From: an archaeon
GTDB taxonomy: Archaea > Micrarchaeota > Micrarchaeia > Norongarragalinales > UBA97
Assembly (NCBI GenBank): GCA_020057405.1
Contig: JAGVFW010000013.1
Span: 1 to 64,000, forward strand
Length of the DNA: 64,000 nt
Direction of reading: 5' to 3'
Shown here: one piece after another, positions 49,562-59,514 of the stretch
Layout: each line of letters opens with the position of its first letter
Numbering within the stretch: the stretch's first letter is position 1
Position numbers and translations under genes: made by a program
Notes under the pieces: model-generated
The model's input: the letters and a program-made list of their open reading frames with translations, nothing else
The model's database searches: none
What the model was told of the DNA's origin: nothing

Positions 49562-50794
49562 ATGGCAGTAGCAGTCATACTCGCCGCGGGCAGGGGCACA
49601 CGGCTTGAGCCAATTAGCGAGAGTACGCCAAAGGCACTCGTACGGATAGCCGGCAAGCCCCTTGCGGAGTACGCTGCCGAGGGCGTCGCGCCCCTTTTTG
49701 GCAAAATAGTTATCGTCATAAGCGCACAGGACAAGGAAGCCTTTGAAAAGCACTTTTCAGGCAAGGCCTATGCAAAGAAAATTGTTTACGCAATTCAGCA
49801 AAGCGCAAACGGCACGGCGCACGCGATCCTCGCCGCGTCAAAGCAAATCGGCGCAAGCGACTTTCTCGTGCTAAACGGCGACTGCTTCTTTTCCCCAGAG
49901 TTTTACCGAGAGCTGGCGGGCCGCTTGATGAAGCGCGCGCCGTTTATCGTCGGCAAACGCGTTAACGACGCTTACAACTTCGGATTGCTTAAGGAAAAGA
50001 ACGGCAGCCTCACGGGCATTGCGGAAAAGGACCCTGCCGCTAAGGAAGGCATCATCAACACCGGGGCCTACTACGTCAAGAACGATTTTCTGGCCGTCCT
50101 TGCGAAGGTCAAAAAGTCTCCGCGCGGGGAACTCGAGGCAACCGATGGCCTGACCGCCTATGCGGTAAAACAGAAAGTGGAAATCGCAATGCACTCCGGT
50201 TTCTGGACTGATGTGGGATACTATTGGAACTATCTCGACGCCAACGCCTATGCCCTCGAGCACATGGCGAAGGAAGGCATTGAAGGCGTTGTCGAGCCCG
50301 GCGTGACGGTTAAGGGCAAGGTGTTTGTTGGCAAGGGCAGCGTCGTTAAGGCCGGCACCTACATCGAGGGCCCGGTTTACATTGGCGAAAACTGCGTAGT
50401 CGGGCCAGGGTCGCACTTGCGGCCCTACGCGTTTCTAGAAAGAGACAACCACGTGGGCAACTCTAGTGAAGTCAAGAACAGCGTGCTTTTGGCCGGCGCA
50501 AACGCGCCGCACTTCAACTATGTCGGCGACAGCGTGCTTTGCGAGGAAGTCAATTTTGGCGCTGGTGCGAAGACCGCGAACTTCCGCTTCGACGCGGGAA
50601 ACATTTCGTGTGAAGTGAAAGGCAAGCGCGTCGACTCCGGCAGGCGAAAGCTCGGAGCGTGCATCGGCAGGGGAGCGAAAATCGGGGTGAACGCCACTCT
50701 AAACTGCGGCGTGCTTGTTGGCTCGGGCAGCCGCGTGCTGCCAAACGCTTTTCTTGCAGGCAACCTGCCAAGCGGCACTACTTTCAGGGGATGA
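49562..50794 (+). CDS. bifunctional sugar-1-phosphate nucleotidylyltransferase/acetyltransferase (archaeal GlmU-like)
   Basis: LAAGRGTRLEP, PK, SPRGELE, hexapeptide repeats, HFNYVGDS. Confidence 0.9.
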   Translation: MAVAVILAAGRGTRLEPISESTPKALVRIAGKPLAEYAAEGVAPLFGKIVIVISAQDKEAFEKHFSGKAYAKKIVYAIQQSANGTAHAILAASKQIGASDFLVLNGDCFFSPEFYRELAGRLMKRAPFIVGKRVNDAYNFGLLKEKNGSLTGIAEKDPAAKEGIINTGAYYVKNDFLAVLAKVKKSPRGELEATDGLTAYAVKQKVEIAMHSGFWTDVGYYWNYLDANAYALEHMAKEGIEGVVEPGVTVKGKVFVGKGSVVKAGTYIEGPVYIGENCVVGPGSHLRPYAFLERDNHVGNSSEVKNSVLLAGANAPHFNYVGDSVLCEEVNFGAGAKTANFRFDAGNISCEVKGKRVDSGRRKLGACIGRGAKIGVNATLNCGVLVGSGSRVLPNAFLAGNLPSGTTFRG

Positions 50795-52041
50795 ACTTTA
50801 TGTTTAGGGGATACGACATCAGGGGCCTTTACGGCAGCGAAGTCACTGACGAGAAGTTCACTGCCCTAGGCCGGACGCTAAACGCTTTTGCAGGTCGGGA
50901 AATCATCGCCGGAATGGACTACCGGCCGGCAAGCGGCAAGCTCTTCAACGCATTTTGCAAGGGATTTTCAGGCACGGTTAAGTCGCTTGGCATCGTCCCA
51001 ACTCCCGCAGCGTCGTTTTCCTCACGGGGGTGGGGTATTGTATTTACTGCAAGCCACAACCCGGCCCAGTACGCGGGCGCCAAGTTCGTGCACTTGCAAA
51101 GAATGGCAAGCGAAGCGGAACTAAAGTCGCTTGAAGATGGTTACGAAAAGCAGTTGAAGGCCGGCGGTGCAGCCGGAAGTGCAAACGCGAAAGTAATTGA
51201 CTCCCCGGAATTGCTTGCGGCGTACATCGAATCTATTCCGGAAATGGGTAACGCGATTTTCGACTTGGGCGGCGGCTCCGCGTGCGCAGTCAAGCAATTG
51301 TTCGGCAAAAGGCTTTTTGATGTGCCCGACCCGAATTTCGAGAAGCACTCGCCCGAACCAAAGGACGAAACTCTAGGCGAGCTAAAGCGCGCGACGGTGA
51401 AGGAAAAAGCGCTTGGCCTGGCTTTTGACGGTGACGGCGACAGGTGCATGGTCGCCGCAGGCGGCCGCGTGATTGACGGGGGGATTATGGCCGCGTGGCT
51501 TTGCGAAAACCATTTCAAAAAAGGCGACCGCATGGTGATTAACATCGACTTTACGGACGAGGTCAAGTACTACCTCGCCGACGCGGGCTTCCGCGTTTCA
51601 GTCTGCGCAGTTGGCACGACAAACGTCGTTCACGCGGTGCTAAAAGAAAGCGCCGCGCTTGGCGCAGAGCGAAACGGCCACTATTATTTCCCCAAGCATG
51701 TGCCTGACAGCGATGGCATTTACGCCGCGGCGCTCTTCTCGCAAGCAACGGCAAAGGAAATCCAAGAGTTTGCGGCCCGGTTCAAAAGCGTGCTGATTAC
51801 GCAGGCGGTTGAGGGACCTGTGAACTTCATCAGGCTAAAGGAAATCTTGGTGCAGGACGAAAGCTTGCTTGAAACTAGCTTTCTAGACGGCGTTTACGCG
51901 CGCTTTGAGGACTTTACCCTGCTAATACGCGAGTCGAAGACCGAACCCAAAGTGCGCATTAACTCCGAAGGAAAAAACAGGGAAAACGCGCTAAAGGGAA
52001 TGGAGAAGGCAAAAGAAATGCTTGCCAAGTGCAGAGCCTAG
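50791..52041 (+). CDS. phosphohexomutase (PMM/PGM/GlmM family)
   Basis: FRGYDIRG, TASHNP, FDGDGDR; ATGA overlap with the upstream gene. Confidence 0.9.
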   Translation: MNFMFRGYDIRGLYGSEVTDEKFTALGRTLNAFAGREIIAGMDYRPASGKLFNAFCKGFSGTVKSLGIVPTPAASFSSRGWGIVFTASHNPAQYAGAKFVHLQRMASEAELKSLEDGYEKQLKAGGAAGSANAKVIDSPELLAAYIESIPEMGNAIFDLGGGSACAVKQLFGKRLFDVPDPNFEKHSPEPKDETLGELKRATVKEKALGLAFDGDGDRCMVAAGGRVIDGGIMAAWLCENHFKKGDRMVINIDFTDEVKYYLADAGFRVSVCAVGTTNVVHAVLKESAALGAERNGHYYFPKHVPDSDGIYAAALFSQATAKEIQEFAARFKSVLITQAVEGPVNFIRLKEILVQDESLLETSFLDGVYARFEDFTLLIRESKTEPKVRINSEGKNRENALKGMEKAKEMLAKCRA

Positions 52042-52436
52042 GGCTTACGCAGGGGAACTTTTGAAGCCATGGCCAGGAAGTCTTTTGAAAGCGCTATACG
52101 ATAATGGCCGGCATTTACTTCAGTCACGGGCTCTGCTTTTGCGTGCCCCTGCGCTTGGAATCGCGAAAGAAAGGCACGGCCATTTGGCGTAGCGTCCCCA
52201 AAAAATATCTTGTTCCAGTGAGGGTGGGGCAGAAGGGCGTTTTTTGCATGAATCATTAGTTCAGTTGCAGCAGTGTGGCCGTAAGTCTCAAGAAAAGCTC
52301 TTGAAACCTCCCGATCGGTTTGGATATTTTCAATGTAGGCGGGATACGTTTCCGTCGGGCGGTTAAACGCAATCAGGCCGGCAAGCTTTCCGGAATGAAA
52401 AAGAAATAGCGTAAGCCTTTTCTTGCCAAGATTCAA
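52038..52436 (-). CDS. hypothetical protein
   Basis: 132-aa ORF; start uncertain. Confidence 0.4.
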   Translation of the reverse strand: MNLGKKRLTLFLFHSGKLAGLIAFNRPTETYPAYIENIQTDREVSRAFLETYGHTAATELMIHAKNALLPHPHWNKIFFGDATPNGRAFLSRFQAQGHAKAEPVTEVNAGHYRIALSKDFLAMASKVPLRKP

Positions 52437-52559
52437 ATACTCTTTGCGTTCAGTAGGCTCGAAATTCTGGGAATCAAAAAAACTCTTCGGCTAGCCGCTT
52501 CTCCTTGGGCGTTAGAGCGAATTCACTTTTAGCGTAGCTGATGGGCTTCGCTGCCATTT

Positions 52560-54479
52560 TCAACGCCGGTCCTCGATGTCCTTTGCCGTGCGCGCGATGA
52601 ACTCGTCGATGGCAATGCCTTCCTCGATTTTACCGTCGCGCGTGCGGACTGCGAGGCGGCCGCTTGCGGATTCCTTGTCGCCTACTACGAGCATAAGCGG
52701 AATCTTGCGCAGTTGCGCGTTGCGGATTTTCGCGCCCGTCTTTTCCTGCGAATCGTCAACTTGCGTGCGGATGCCTTTTGCGCGCATTTTTTCCGCCAGT
52801 TCGTTGCAAAATCCGTTGTGGCCGTCGTTGACGGGCAATAGCGTGACTTGCACTGGGGAGAGCCATAGTGGGAAGGCGCCGGCGTAATGCTCGATGAGAA
52901 CGCCGAAGAAGCGCTCGAAGCTGCCGAAAATCGCGCGGTGAACCATCACGCACCGGTGTTTCTTGCCGTCCTCCCCAACGTAAGTGACGTCAAAGCGCTC
53001 GGGGAGATTGAAGTCTAGCTGTATTGTGGTGCACTGCCACATTCTGCCGATGGCATCCTTGATTTTTATGTCGATTTTCGGGCCGTAGAAGGCTCCGCCG
53101 CCCTCGTCGACAACGTAAGCGAGCTTGAGGTCCTCAAGAGATGACCTTAGCGCGTTCGTTGCCTTCTCCCACGCGGCGTTCTCGCCCATCGCCTTTTCCG
53201 GCTTTGTCGAGAGGGTGATGACGTACTCGCTAAAGCCGAAGGTCTTGAGAACTTTTAGCGCAAACTGCAGCAAGTCGCGCACTTCGCCCTGGATTTGACC
53301 GGGCGTCATGAAGAGATGGCCGTCGTCTTGGGTAAAGCCGCGCACGCGGAAGAGGCCGCTTAGGACGCCCGAGAGCTCTTGTCTGTAGACCGTGCCGAAT
53401 TCGAAGTAGCGGAGCGGCAGTTCCTTGTAGGAATGGCTGCCGGTGTTGTAAATCGTGATGTGGCCCGGGCAGTTCATGGGCTTGATGCCGTACTCATTGC
53501 CGTCGATTTCGGTGAAGAACATGTTTTCCTTGTAGTTGTCGTAGTGGCCGCTAGTCTTCCACAAGTCGGATTTTATGAGGTGCGGCTGGTAGACGGGCAG
53601 GTAGCCGCGCTTGAGGTTCTCCTGTCGCATGAATTCCTCTAGTTGCGAGCGAATGATGGCGCCATTGGGGTGGTAGAGAATGAGGCCGCCCCCGACGGTG
53701 TCGCTCACGCTAAAGAGGTCAAGCTGCGTTGCAATCTTGCGGTGGTCGCGCTTGGCCGCCTCCTCGAGCATCGCGAGGTGCTCGTCAAGTTCCTTCTTTG
53801 TGGGATAGGCGATGCCGTAAATGCGCTGGAGTTGCTCGCGCTTTGCGTCACCGCGCCAGAAGGCGGCGGCGACTTTTGTGAGCTTGAAGGCTTTGAGGCA
53901 GCCCGTGTTGGGCACGTGGGGTCCCTCGCACATGTCGACAAACGGGCCCTGCTCGTAAAATGAGACTGACTCGAATGGAATGCCCTCAAGTATCTCGAGG
54001 CGGAAGCGGTTGAAGCTCTTCTTTTTCGCCAAGTATTTGGCTGCCTCGGCCTTGTGCATCTCGATTCTATGCACCTTGTAGTCGAGCTTGACGATTTCCT
54101 CCATCTTCGCCTCGATTTTGGCAAAGTCGTCGGGAGTGAAGGGAGTCGGCCGGAAAAAGTCATAGTAAAAGCCCTCGTCGATGGCGGGGCCGATGCCCAG
54201 GGCCACTTCGGGGTAAAGCTCGGCAACCGCCTGCGCGAGAACGTGGTTGACGCTGTGCCAGAAAACGCTCTTGCCTTCCGCGTCCTTGAAAGTGAGGATT
54301 TGAAGCTTGCAGTCTTTCTCGAGTTGGTGGCTCATGTCAACGAGCTTGCCGTCAACTTTGGCAGCCATGGCGGCTAGGGCCAAGCGCGGGCCGATTGCCT
54401 CGGCAACCTGCATGCAGGTGGAACCACGGGCCACTTCCTTTACTGCCCCGTCGGGAAGGGTTACTTTGACTTTGGACAT
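52560..54479 (-). CDS. thrS: threonyl-tRNA synthetase, bacterial-type (TGS + SAD editing domain)
   Basis: VTLPDG TGS, WHSVNH, GFYYDF, CEGPH, RDHRK, KPMNCP, RVRGFTQDD, HRAIFGS. Confidence 0.97.
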   Translation of the reverse strand: MSKVKVTLPDGAVKEVARGSTCMQVAEAIGPRLALAAMAAKVDGKLVDMSHQLEKDCKLQILTFKDAEGKSVFWHSVNHVLAQAVAELYPEVALGIGPAIDEGFYYDFFRPTPFTPDDFAKIEAKMEEIVKLDYKVHRIEMHKAEAAKYLAKKKSFNRFRLEILEGIPFESVSFYEQGPFVDMCEGPHVPNTGCLKAFKLTKVAAAFWRGDAKREQLQRIYGIAYPTKKELDEHLAMLEEAAKRDHRKIATQLDLFSVSDTVGGGLILYHPNGAIIRSQLEEFMRQENLKRGYLPVYQPHLIKSDLWKTSGHYDNYKENMFFTEIDGNEYGIKPMNCPGHITIYNTGSHSYKELPLRYFEFGTVYRQELSGVLSGLFRVRGFTQDDGHLFMTPGQIQGEVRDLLQFALKVLKTFGFSEYVITLSTKPEKAMGENAAWEKATNALRSSLEDLKLAYVVDEGGGAFYGPKIDIKIKDAIGRMWQCTTIQLDFNLPERFDVTYVGEDGKKHRCVMVHRAIFGSFERFFGVLIEHYAGAFPLWLSPVQVTLLPVNDGHNGFCNELAEKMRAKGIRTQVDDSQEKTGAKIRNAQLRKIPLMLVVGDKESASGRLAVRTRDGKIEEGIAIDEFIARTAKDIEDRR

Positions 54480-54595
54480 AAGGTATTCTAGACTGGAAAG
54501 GTAGATAAAAACTGACGGTTGCAAGCCACTTAGATGAATGGGGGGTGCCGCACGCAATATATTTAAACGGCTGCCGATGAGTTTTAGGTGATTTG

Positions 54596-54973
54596 ATGAG
54601 CTACCCCAACTTCGTAACGCACGTTAGAGAACAACTGAAAGAACACCCTAAATTCGGGCCACGGCTAGACCAAGTAACACAACTACCGGGATCCACAAAC
54701 AGGCACGTAATCAGTTTCAAGGAAGGGACGAAACCGGCGACGGTAATAGCTGCAAAGAAATTTGTTGCAGGTCTTCTTTCGTCCACGGGACTGAAGGCTT
54801 CCAGAAAGGCAAAGAATGGCGAGCAGACCTGGGGTGTTCTCGTCAAACGAGAAGGAACCGCGGTGCACTTGCAGGCCTTTCCTAACGCAACGCTTGTCCA
54901 AAGCTCTCGGGCCGAAGTGCGCAGACGCTTTGAAAAAGGTAGGAACCGCACATTTACTGGCGAAGGGCTCTAA
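54596..54973 (+). CDS. basic hypothetical protein
   Basis: GGTGA SD; TATA upstream. Confidence 0.5.
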   Translation: MSYPNFVTHVREQLKEHPKFGPRLDQVTQLPGSTNRHVISFKEGTKPATVIAAKKFVAGLLSSTGLKASRKAKNGEQTWGVLVKREGTAVHLQAFPNATLVQSSRAEVRRRFEKGRNRTFTGEGL

Positions 54974-55026
54974 TAAAGAGAAAAAGAAGGACTCCCGCCG
55001 CATTGCTGCAGCGGGGGGAAAGGAGC

Positions 55027-55437
55027 TTACGCTCCCTCTTCGCCCGTGTCGTCGCCGGAGTTGTCAGAGGGGGCTTCTTCTGACTCAGTGGCTGCCGGTG
55101 CGGTTGAAGCCTCACCTGAGCGTTCGCCAACTGCAAAGCGGTTGAAGACGCGCGAGATGCGGATCTTCATCCTGTCTCCCTGGCGTGCGCCGGGAACAAA
55201 CACGACGAAATTGTTGACCTTGCCTACGCCATCACCGCGCGAGCCGACTGACTCGATGACGATGTCGTATTCCTGGCCTTCCTTGACGGGCTTCTCGAAG
55301 CTGCCGCCGCCGCTTCCACCACGGTCTCCACCGTAGTCTCCGCCACCGCCTCGACCACCGCCGCCATAACCGCGCGATTCGCCGCGGTCGCTGTCACGGT
55401 CTCTGCTGTGTCCGCCCCTGTCCGAATATCCTCTCAT
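55027..55437 (-). CDS. TRAM-domain RNA-binding protein with Gly/Arg-rich N-terminal tail
   Basis: PVKEGQEYDIVIESVGSRGDGVGKVNNFVVFVPG. Confidence 0.92.
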   Translation of the reverse strand: MRGYSDRGGHSRDRDSDRGESRGYGGGGRGGGGDYGGDRGGSGGGSFEKPVKEGQEYDIVIESVGSRGDGVGKVNNFVVFVPGARQGDRMKIRISRVFNRFAVGERSGEASTAPAATESEEAPSDNSGDDTGEEGA

Positions 55438-55528
55438 GATTCCACACTCCTTATGTATTTCTTTTCTTTCCGTCCCCCTAAAGCTCCGGGGAACAGAAAT
55501 ATTGTGTCAAAAGCTCCTTTTATTCCTC

Positions 55529-56839
55529 TCATCCGGCCGCGAAGACGTTGTCCACAATCCACTCGGCGTCAAACGGCCTTAGGTCATCGTACTCCTGGCC
55601 CACGCCGATGAAAAGCACCGGCAGCTTCGTCTCGTAAGCTATTGAGAGGGCTCCGCCACCTTTTGCGTCGCAGTCGAGCTTTGTTAGGATGATACCGTCG
55701 AGCTTGATTGCCGAATTGAACTTCTTGACCTGCTCGACTAGCGCGTTTCCGGCTATTGCCTCGCCGACGAAAATCTTGAGGTGAGGATGCAGCACCCTGT
55801 CCATCTTCTCCATCTCTTTTACGAGATTGTAGTTCGTCTCCTGGCGCCCCGCAGTGTCGATTAGCACACAAGCGATGCCGTTTGCTTTTGCGTGCGCGAT
55901 TGCGTCAAAGGCGACTGCGGTTGGGTCGGCGCCATAAGCGTGCTTGACAACTCGGATGCCAAGCTTGTCGCCGTGAAGCTGCACTTGCTCGATTGCCGCG
56001 CGGCGGAAAGTGTCGCCGGCGGCGATGACTGTCGAAATTCCTTTGTCCTGCAAGTGCTTGGCGAGTTTTGCTATCGTAGTTGTCTTGCCGCTGCCGTTGG
56101 GGCCGACGAAGAGTACTATGCCGACCTCGCCTTTTGCCTTCACTGCTGCAAGGTAGTTGAACAAGTCAAACTGCTCGACCTTCATGGTCTTTAGAAGCGA
56201 CTCGCGCACGACTGCCTTGATTTCCTCGCCAGCGCGGGCTTTGTTCACGCGCTTTCCCGCAAGCCGCGAGCGCAGGTCGCTTGCAAGAAAGCTCGCCGCG
56301 TCGTAGGAAACGTCGCTCTCAAGGAGCGCCATTTCAAGCTCGTGTATCGCCGGGGCAACTTCCGCCCCAGTAAGCTCGATTTCGGGAGAGAAGAGTGAAG
56401 TGACGCGCTTTAGCAGGCCGACTTTCGGCGCGAGTTGGATTTCCTGCCTTTCGACTGGCCTTGCGGGAGCGACTTGCGCGGGCTTTAGGCGCTCGGGCTC
56501 GACGCGGGCGGGCGCCGATTGTTTGACAACGCTTTGGGCAGCAGGCGCGGGTTCGACGCGGGCTGGTTCGTAAACGGGCTTGGAAATTGGTGCGGGCTCA
56601 GGGTGGACTTGCTTTTCTGGAATTGCCTTGACTACGGCAGTGGGCTTTTCAAAAACAGGTTCTGGCTCGACTTGAATGGGTTCGGGTCGCGAAATTTCCT
56701 GTGCAATGGGCGGCCTCACCGCGGGCTTTTCCTCGGGCGCCGGCTTTGGCGCTATAGTTGGTTCGGTTGGCTTTTCCTCGGCCTTTCCGACAATAGAGCT
56801 TACGAAAGAGGAGAGCTTGTTGCGCAGGCTATCGAACAA
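55529..56839 (-). CDS. ftsY: SRP receptor FtsY
   Basis: GPNGSGKTTT, DTFRRAA, DTAGR, TKLD, GVGQ. Confidence 0.96.
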   Translation of the reverse strand: MFDSLRNKLSSFVSSIVGKAEEKPTEPTIAPKPAPEEKPAVRPPIAQEISRPEPIQVEPEPVFEKPTAVVKAIPEKQVHPEPAPISKPVYEPARVEPAPAAQSVVKQSAPARVEPERLKPAQVAPARPVERQEIQLAPKVGLLKRVTSLFSPEIELTGAEVAPAIHELEMALLESDVSYDAASFLASDLRSRLAGKRVNKARAGEEIKAVVRESLLKTMKVEQFDLFNYLAAVKAKGEVGIVLFVGPNGSGKTTTIAKLAKHLQDKGISTVIAAGDTFRRAAIEQVQLHGDKLGIRVVKHAYGADPTAVAFDAIAHAKANGIACVLIDTAGRQETNYNLVKEMEKMDRVLHPHLKIFVGEAIAGNALVEQVKKFNSAIKLDGIILTKLDCDAKGGGALSIAYETKLPVLFIGVGQEYDDLRPFDAEWIVDNVFAAG

Positions 56840-56840
56840 C

Positions 56841-57242
56841 TTAATTCACGCCGGCTTTTTGAAGTTCGTCTACAAGAGCGTCGTTGCGGTCCATCAGTTT
56901 TTTGAGCTCAACCTGGATGCTGTTGGCGGCCTTGTCGACTTCGTCGAGTCGTGACTGCAGGATTACCGCCGTTTCTTCAGGCGTCTTTTCGGCAACCACG
57001 CCGGCGCCGATTTCGACGAGCACTTTTGCGCCGTCGCGGACGCTCGCGCGCACGAAGACGCCCGAGCCGATGGGAAAGAGGCTCTCGCCTTTTGAGGCGT
57101 CCTTGATGTTCTTGACTGTGTTTAGGGCGATTATGACGTCGTTTGTGAAGGACTGGAGTGACGAGAGCTGATGCTGGCCTTCCTCAATCTGGGCCTGGAT
57201 TGCGCGCATTTCCCTTATCTTGCGAGTAGTCTGTTCGTCCAT
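56841..57242 (-). CDS. pfdA: prefoldin alpha subunit
   Basis: PIGSGVFV, VLVEIGAGV; conserved operon position. Confidence 0.92.
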   Translation of the reverse strand: MDEQTTRKIREMRAIQAQIEEGQHQLSSLQSFTNDVIIALNTVKNIKDASKGESLFPIGSGVFVRASVRDGAKVLVEIGAGVVAEKTPEETAVILQSRLDEVDKAANSIQVELKKLMDRNDALVDELQKAGVN

Positions 57243-57247
57243 GTGAT

Positions 57248-57913
57248 TTAATCGCCTCCAAGCGCTTCGTAAATCTTTTGCGTCTCAACACCACTCGTCA
57301 GGCCCCCAACGATGGCGCCGTTCGAATTTGCTACGACGCTTAGGGAATTAAAGTAAACGCCCATGTTGCTCGTGGTGTTGACGCCCTTGACGCCGAAAAT
57401 GTGCTCGAGCTTCTTTAGCTCAAGTTCGGTGAGCTCGTTGTAGGCCAGCAAGCCCTTGTTTGTCACAACAGTTGTTGGAGCGAGTGGGAATTCGCCAAAG
57501 CGCGGGTGGTGCACTTCGACGCCAAGGCAGTCGGAAAGCTTGCCGAGTTCAGCGCGCGGCATTTTCTCGCCAACCACGCCAGCGTGGTCGTTGGCGGCGA
57601 TGTTGTTGCCGGGCGAGAGCCGCTCGATTGTGCAGACGTTGAGCCCTGCCTTTCGCAGTTCTTTGCACTCGCGCTCGTCCGCAAAAGAAGGAAGCACTAC
57701 GCCGTTTGAGTTCATTGCGCAAAACACGCCCAGTAGCGGCGAGCTGTTGACAAAGAGCTTGAGGACCGGCACTGCGAGGGCGTCCTCTACCTGCTCGAGT
57801 AGTTTCGCGCTTATCGTGGGCGGTGAAAGCACGAGCCTATCGCTAGCGCGCAAGTACAAGCCAACGAAGGGATTGTTGTAAAAAGAGGCTTTATGTAACT
57901 TCACAGAAATCAT
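57248..57913 (-). CDS. eif6: translation initiation factor 6
   Basis: NPFVGLY, GVFCAMNSNG, GNNIAAND, VANSNG. Confidence 0.93.
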   Translation of the reverse strand: MISVKLHKASFYNNPFVGLYLRASDRLVLSPPTISAKLLEQVEDALAVPVLKLFVNSSPLLGVFCAMNSNGVVLPSFADERECKELRKAGLNVCTIERLSPGNNIAANDHAGVVGEKMPRAELGKLSDCLGVEVHHPRFGEFPLAPTTVVTNKGLLAYNELTELELKKLEHIFGVKGVNTTSNMGVYFNSLSVVANSNGAIVGGLTSGVETQKIYEALGGD

Positions 57914-57923
57914 CACTTCGGAC

Positions 57924-58535
57924 TTAAGCGGGAGACGCCTTTGGCGCGGGCTTGACTTGCGCCTTTGCCGGGGCCGCGGGCTTTTCGGCTTTAGGGGCCT
58001 TGGGCGTTGCGGCGGGCTTGGGTTTAGCCTTTGAAGCCGCGCGCTGTGCGGCTTTCTTCGCCTTTCGGGTGGCTGCCTTGGCTTCATTCGCCTTCCTTAC
58101 GGCATCGTCTACGACGAGCGTCACGAGTGCGAGGCCGGCGTCGTCCTTTGCCACGTGCACTTTGACGTGCTTGGGCGGGTTGCGCGAGCCGCGCGCCAGG
58201 ATTAATGAGTTGATTTCGGTGCTGATGCGTACGTTCTCAAGCGCCGTTTTCGCGTGCCTTGCAAGAAACGCCTTTAGTAGCGACATTGCGCGGCGGCCGC
58301 GGTGCGAACGTGACTTTAGGTAGGCGTCCATGAGTGGGACGGTGTAAACGCGGTCGAGAACTAGCTTCTTTTTCTCTTCCTTCTTCTCGGAAGTCTTTGC
58401 CGGAGCGGCTGCCTTCACGGCGGGCTTTGCGTCTGCGGCCTCGGCCTTTTCCTTGGCTTCCTCGCGCTTTTGCCCCTGCTTGGCTACTTCCTGGTTTTCT
58501 TTTGCCTGTTGGATTGCTTCAACTTTGTCGGACAT
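57924..58535 (-). CDS. rpl31e: 50S ribosomal protein L31e with long Lys/Ala-rich extensions
   Basis: RVYTVPL, FLARH, RGSRNPP core. Confidence 0.9.
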   Translation of the reverse strand: MSDKVEAIQQAKENQEVAKQGQKREEAKEKAEAADAKPAVKAAAPAKTSEKKEEKKKLVLDRVYTVPLMDAYLKSRSHRGRRAMSLLKAFLARHAKTALENVRISTEINSLILARGSRNPPKHVKVHVAKDDAGLALVTLVVDDAVRKANEAKAATRKAKKAAQRAASKAKPKPAATPKAPKAEKPAAPAKAQVKPAPKASPA

Positions 58536-58545
58536 TTTCAACCAC

Positions 58546-58710
58546 TCACTTGACCTTTAAATCTAGCTTCTTGCCGCGCCAGTGGCGCGCTTTCGGGTTT
58601 CTTGAGACCTTGCGCTTGGTCTTGGCAATCACGAATATGGGCAGGCGCCGGTTCTGGCGGAGTGCCTTTCCGAGCGCTCTTTTCTTTGCGTTAGACTTGC
58701 GTGCAGACAT
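58546..58710 (-). CDS. rpl39e: 50S ribosomal protein L39e
   Basis: Read by hand: [54 protein letters not shown]. Confidence 0.93.
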   Translation of the reverse strand: MSARKSNAKKRALGKALRQNRRLPIFVIAKTKRKVSRNPKARHWRGKKLDLKVK

Positions 58711-58715
58711 TTTTT

Positions 58716-58997
58716 TCATTTCCTCTCAAACGTTATCTTCGGCTCGCGTTTCTGCTCAAGCACGCGCGCCACAAGCGACTTTAGCTGCTCTTCCGACACT
58801 TTCCCGGAAATCCTTCCCTGCTGGTAGAGCGTCACGAGGAGCTGCACGAGCTGCTCGAACATGTCCGGGCTTGAAATCCTGATGTTGTTCAGGCGTTCGA
58901 GGGCCGGGGGTTCAAGCAGTTGTTGCAACACCATTTTGAGGCGAGCGTCCTGTTCCTTCCTCTTGCGAAAATCATCTTGCTCGGAAGAAGGCTCCAC
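58716..58997 (-). CDS. PDCD5-family DNA-binding protein
   Basis: [23 protein letters not shown]; conserved operon position. Confidence 0.9.
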   Translation of the reverse strand: MEPSSEQDDFRKRKEQDARLKMVLQQLLEPPALERLNNIRISSPDMFEQLVQLLVTLYQQGRISGKVSEEQLKSLVARVLEQKREPKITFERK

Positions 58998-59006
58998 TTG
59001 CCCAAC

Positions 59007-59402
59007 TCACACCTTTAGCTCTGCAGCGACATGGTCGACAAGCGAACGGCCTGCGGGCGAAATGCTGCGGCCAATCTTTTCCTTCTTCACAAGCCCAGCC
59101 TTCTCAAGCTGCTGCATGGCAACGCGAATGAGCTTGCCGCCGGCTGGTCGGTGGTGGCTTCGGGAAACGACGTGCGCGTGCCTGCCGCCGTACTTGTGCT
59201 GCAAGCGTCGGACGCCGACGTTGTGAGTGTAAAGAGTGACTAGGACTGAAGCGCAGCGCTTGAACCAGAAGTCGGCCTCCTGGGGAGGGCGCTCTGCGTG
59301 GCTGCCGGTCTTGACGACAGCTGACCACGGGGGAATCTGGATGGCCTCCATACCCTGTAGCTTCTTGGCAATCAAATCAATGAACGCGTTCAAAACACAC
59401 AC
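59007..59402 (-). CDS. rps19e: 30S ribosomal protein S19e
   Basis: PPWSAVVKTGSHAERPP, KYGG, QQLEKAGLV; exact start uncertain. Confidence 0.93.
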   Translation of the reverse strand: MCVLNAFIDLIAKKLQGMEAIQIPPWSAVVKTGSHAERPPQEADFWFKRCASVLVTLYTHNVGVRRLQHKYGGRHAHVVSRSHHRPAGGKLIRVAMQQLEKAGLVKKEKIGRSISPAGRSLVDHVAAELKV

Positions 59403-59514
59403 TCTCCGTTAAGCAAATTAAACCGCTGCAAAAGGCGACTTACATAACACTTTAGCCTGCCAAGGCTTTAAATACGTTATTCTGGGGGGTGGGCGCAAGC
59501 CCCTGGCCGGCCCC

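Noticed and set aside
57914-58087. Arg/Pro-rich N-terminal extension of eIF6 in the ORF track
   Set aside because: Out-of-frame read of the L31e tail; the real start is at or near ATG 57913
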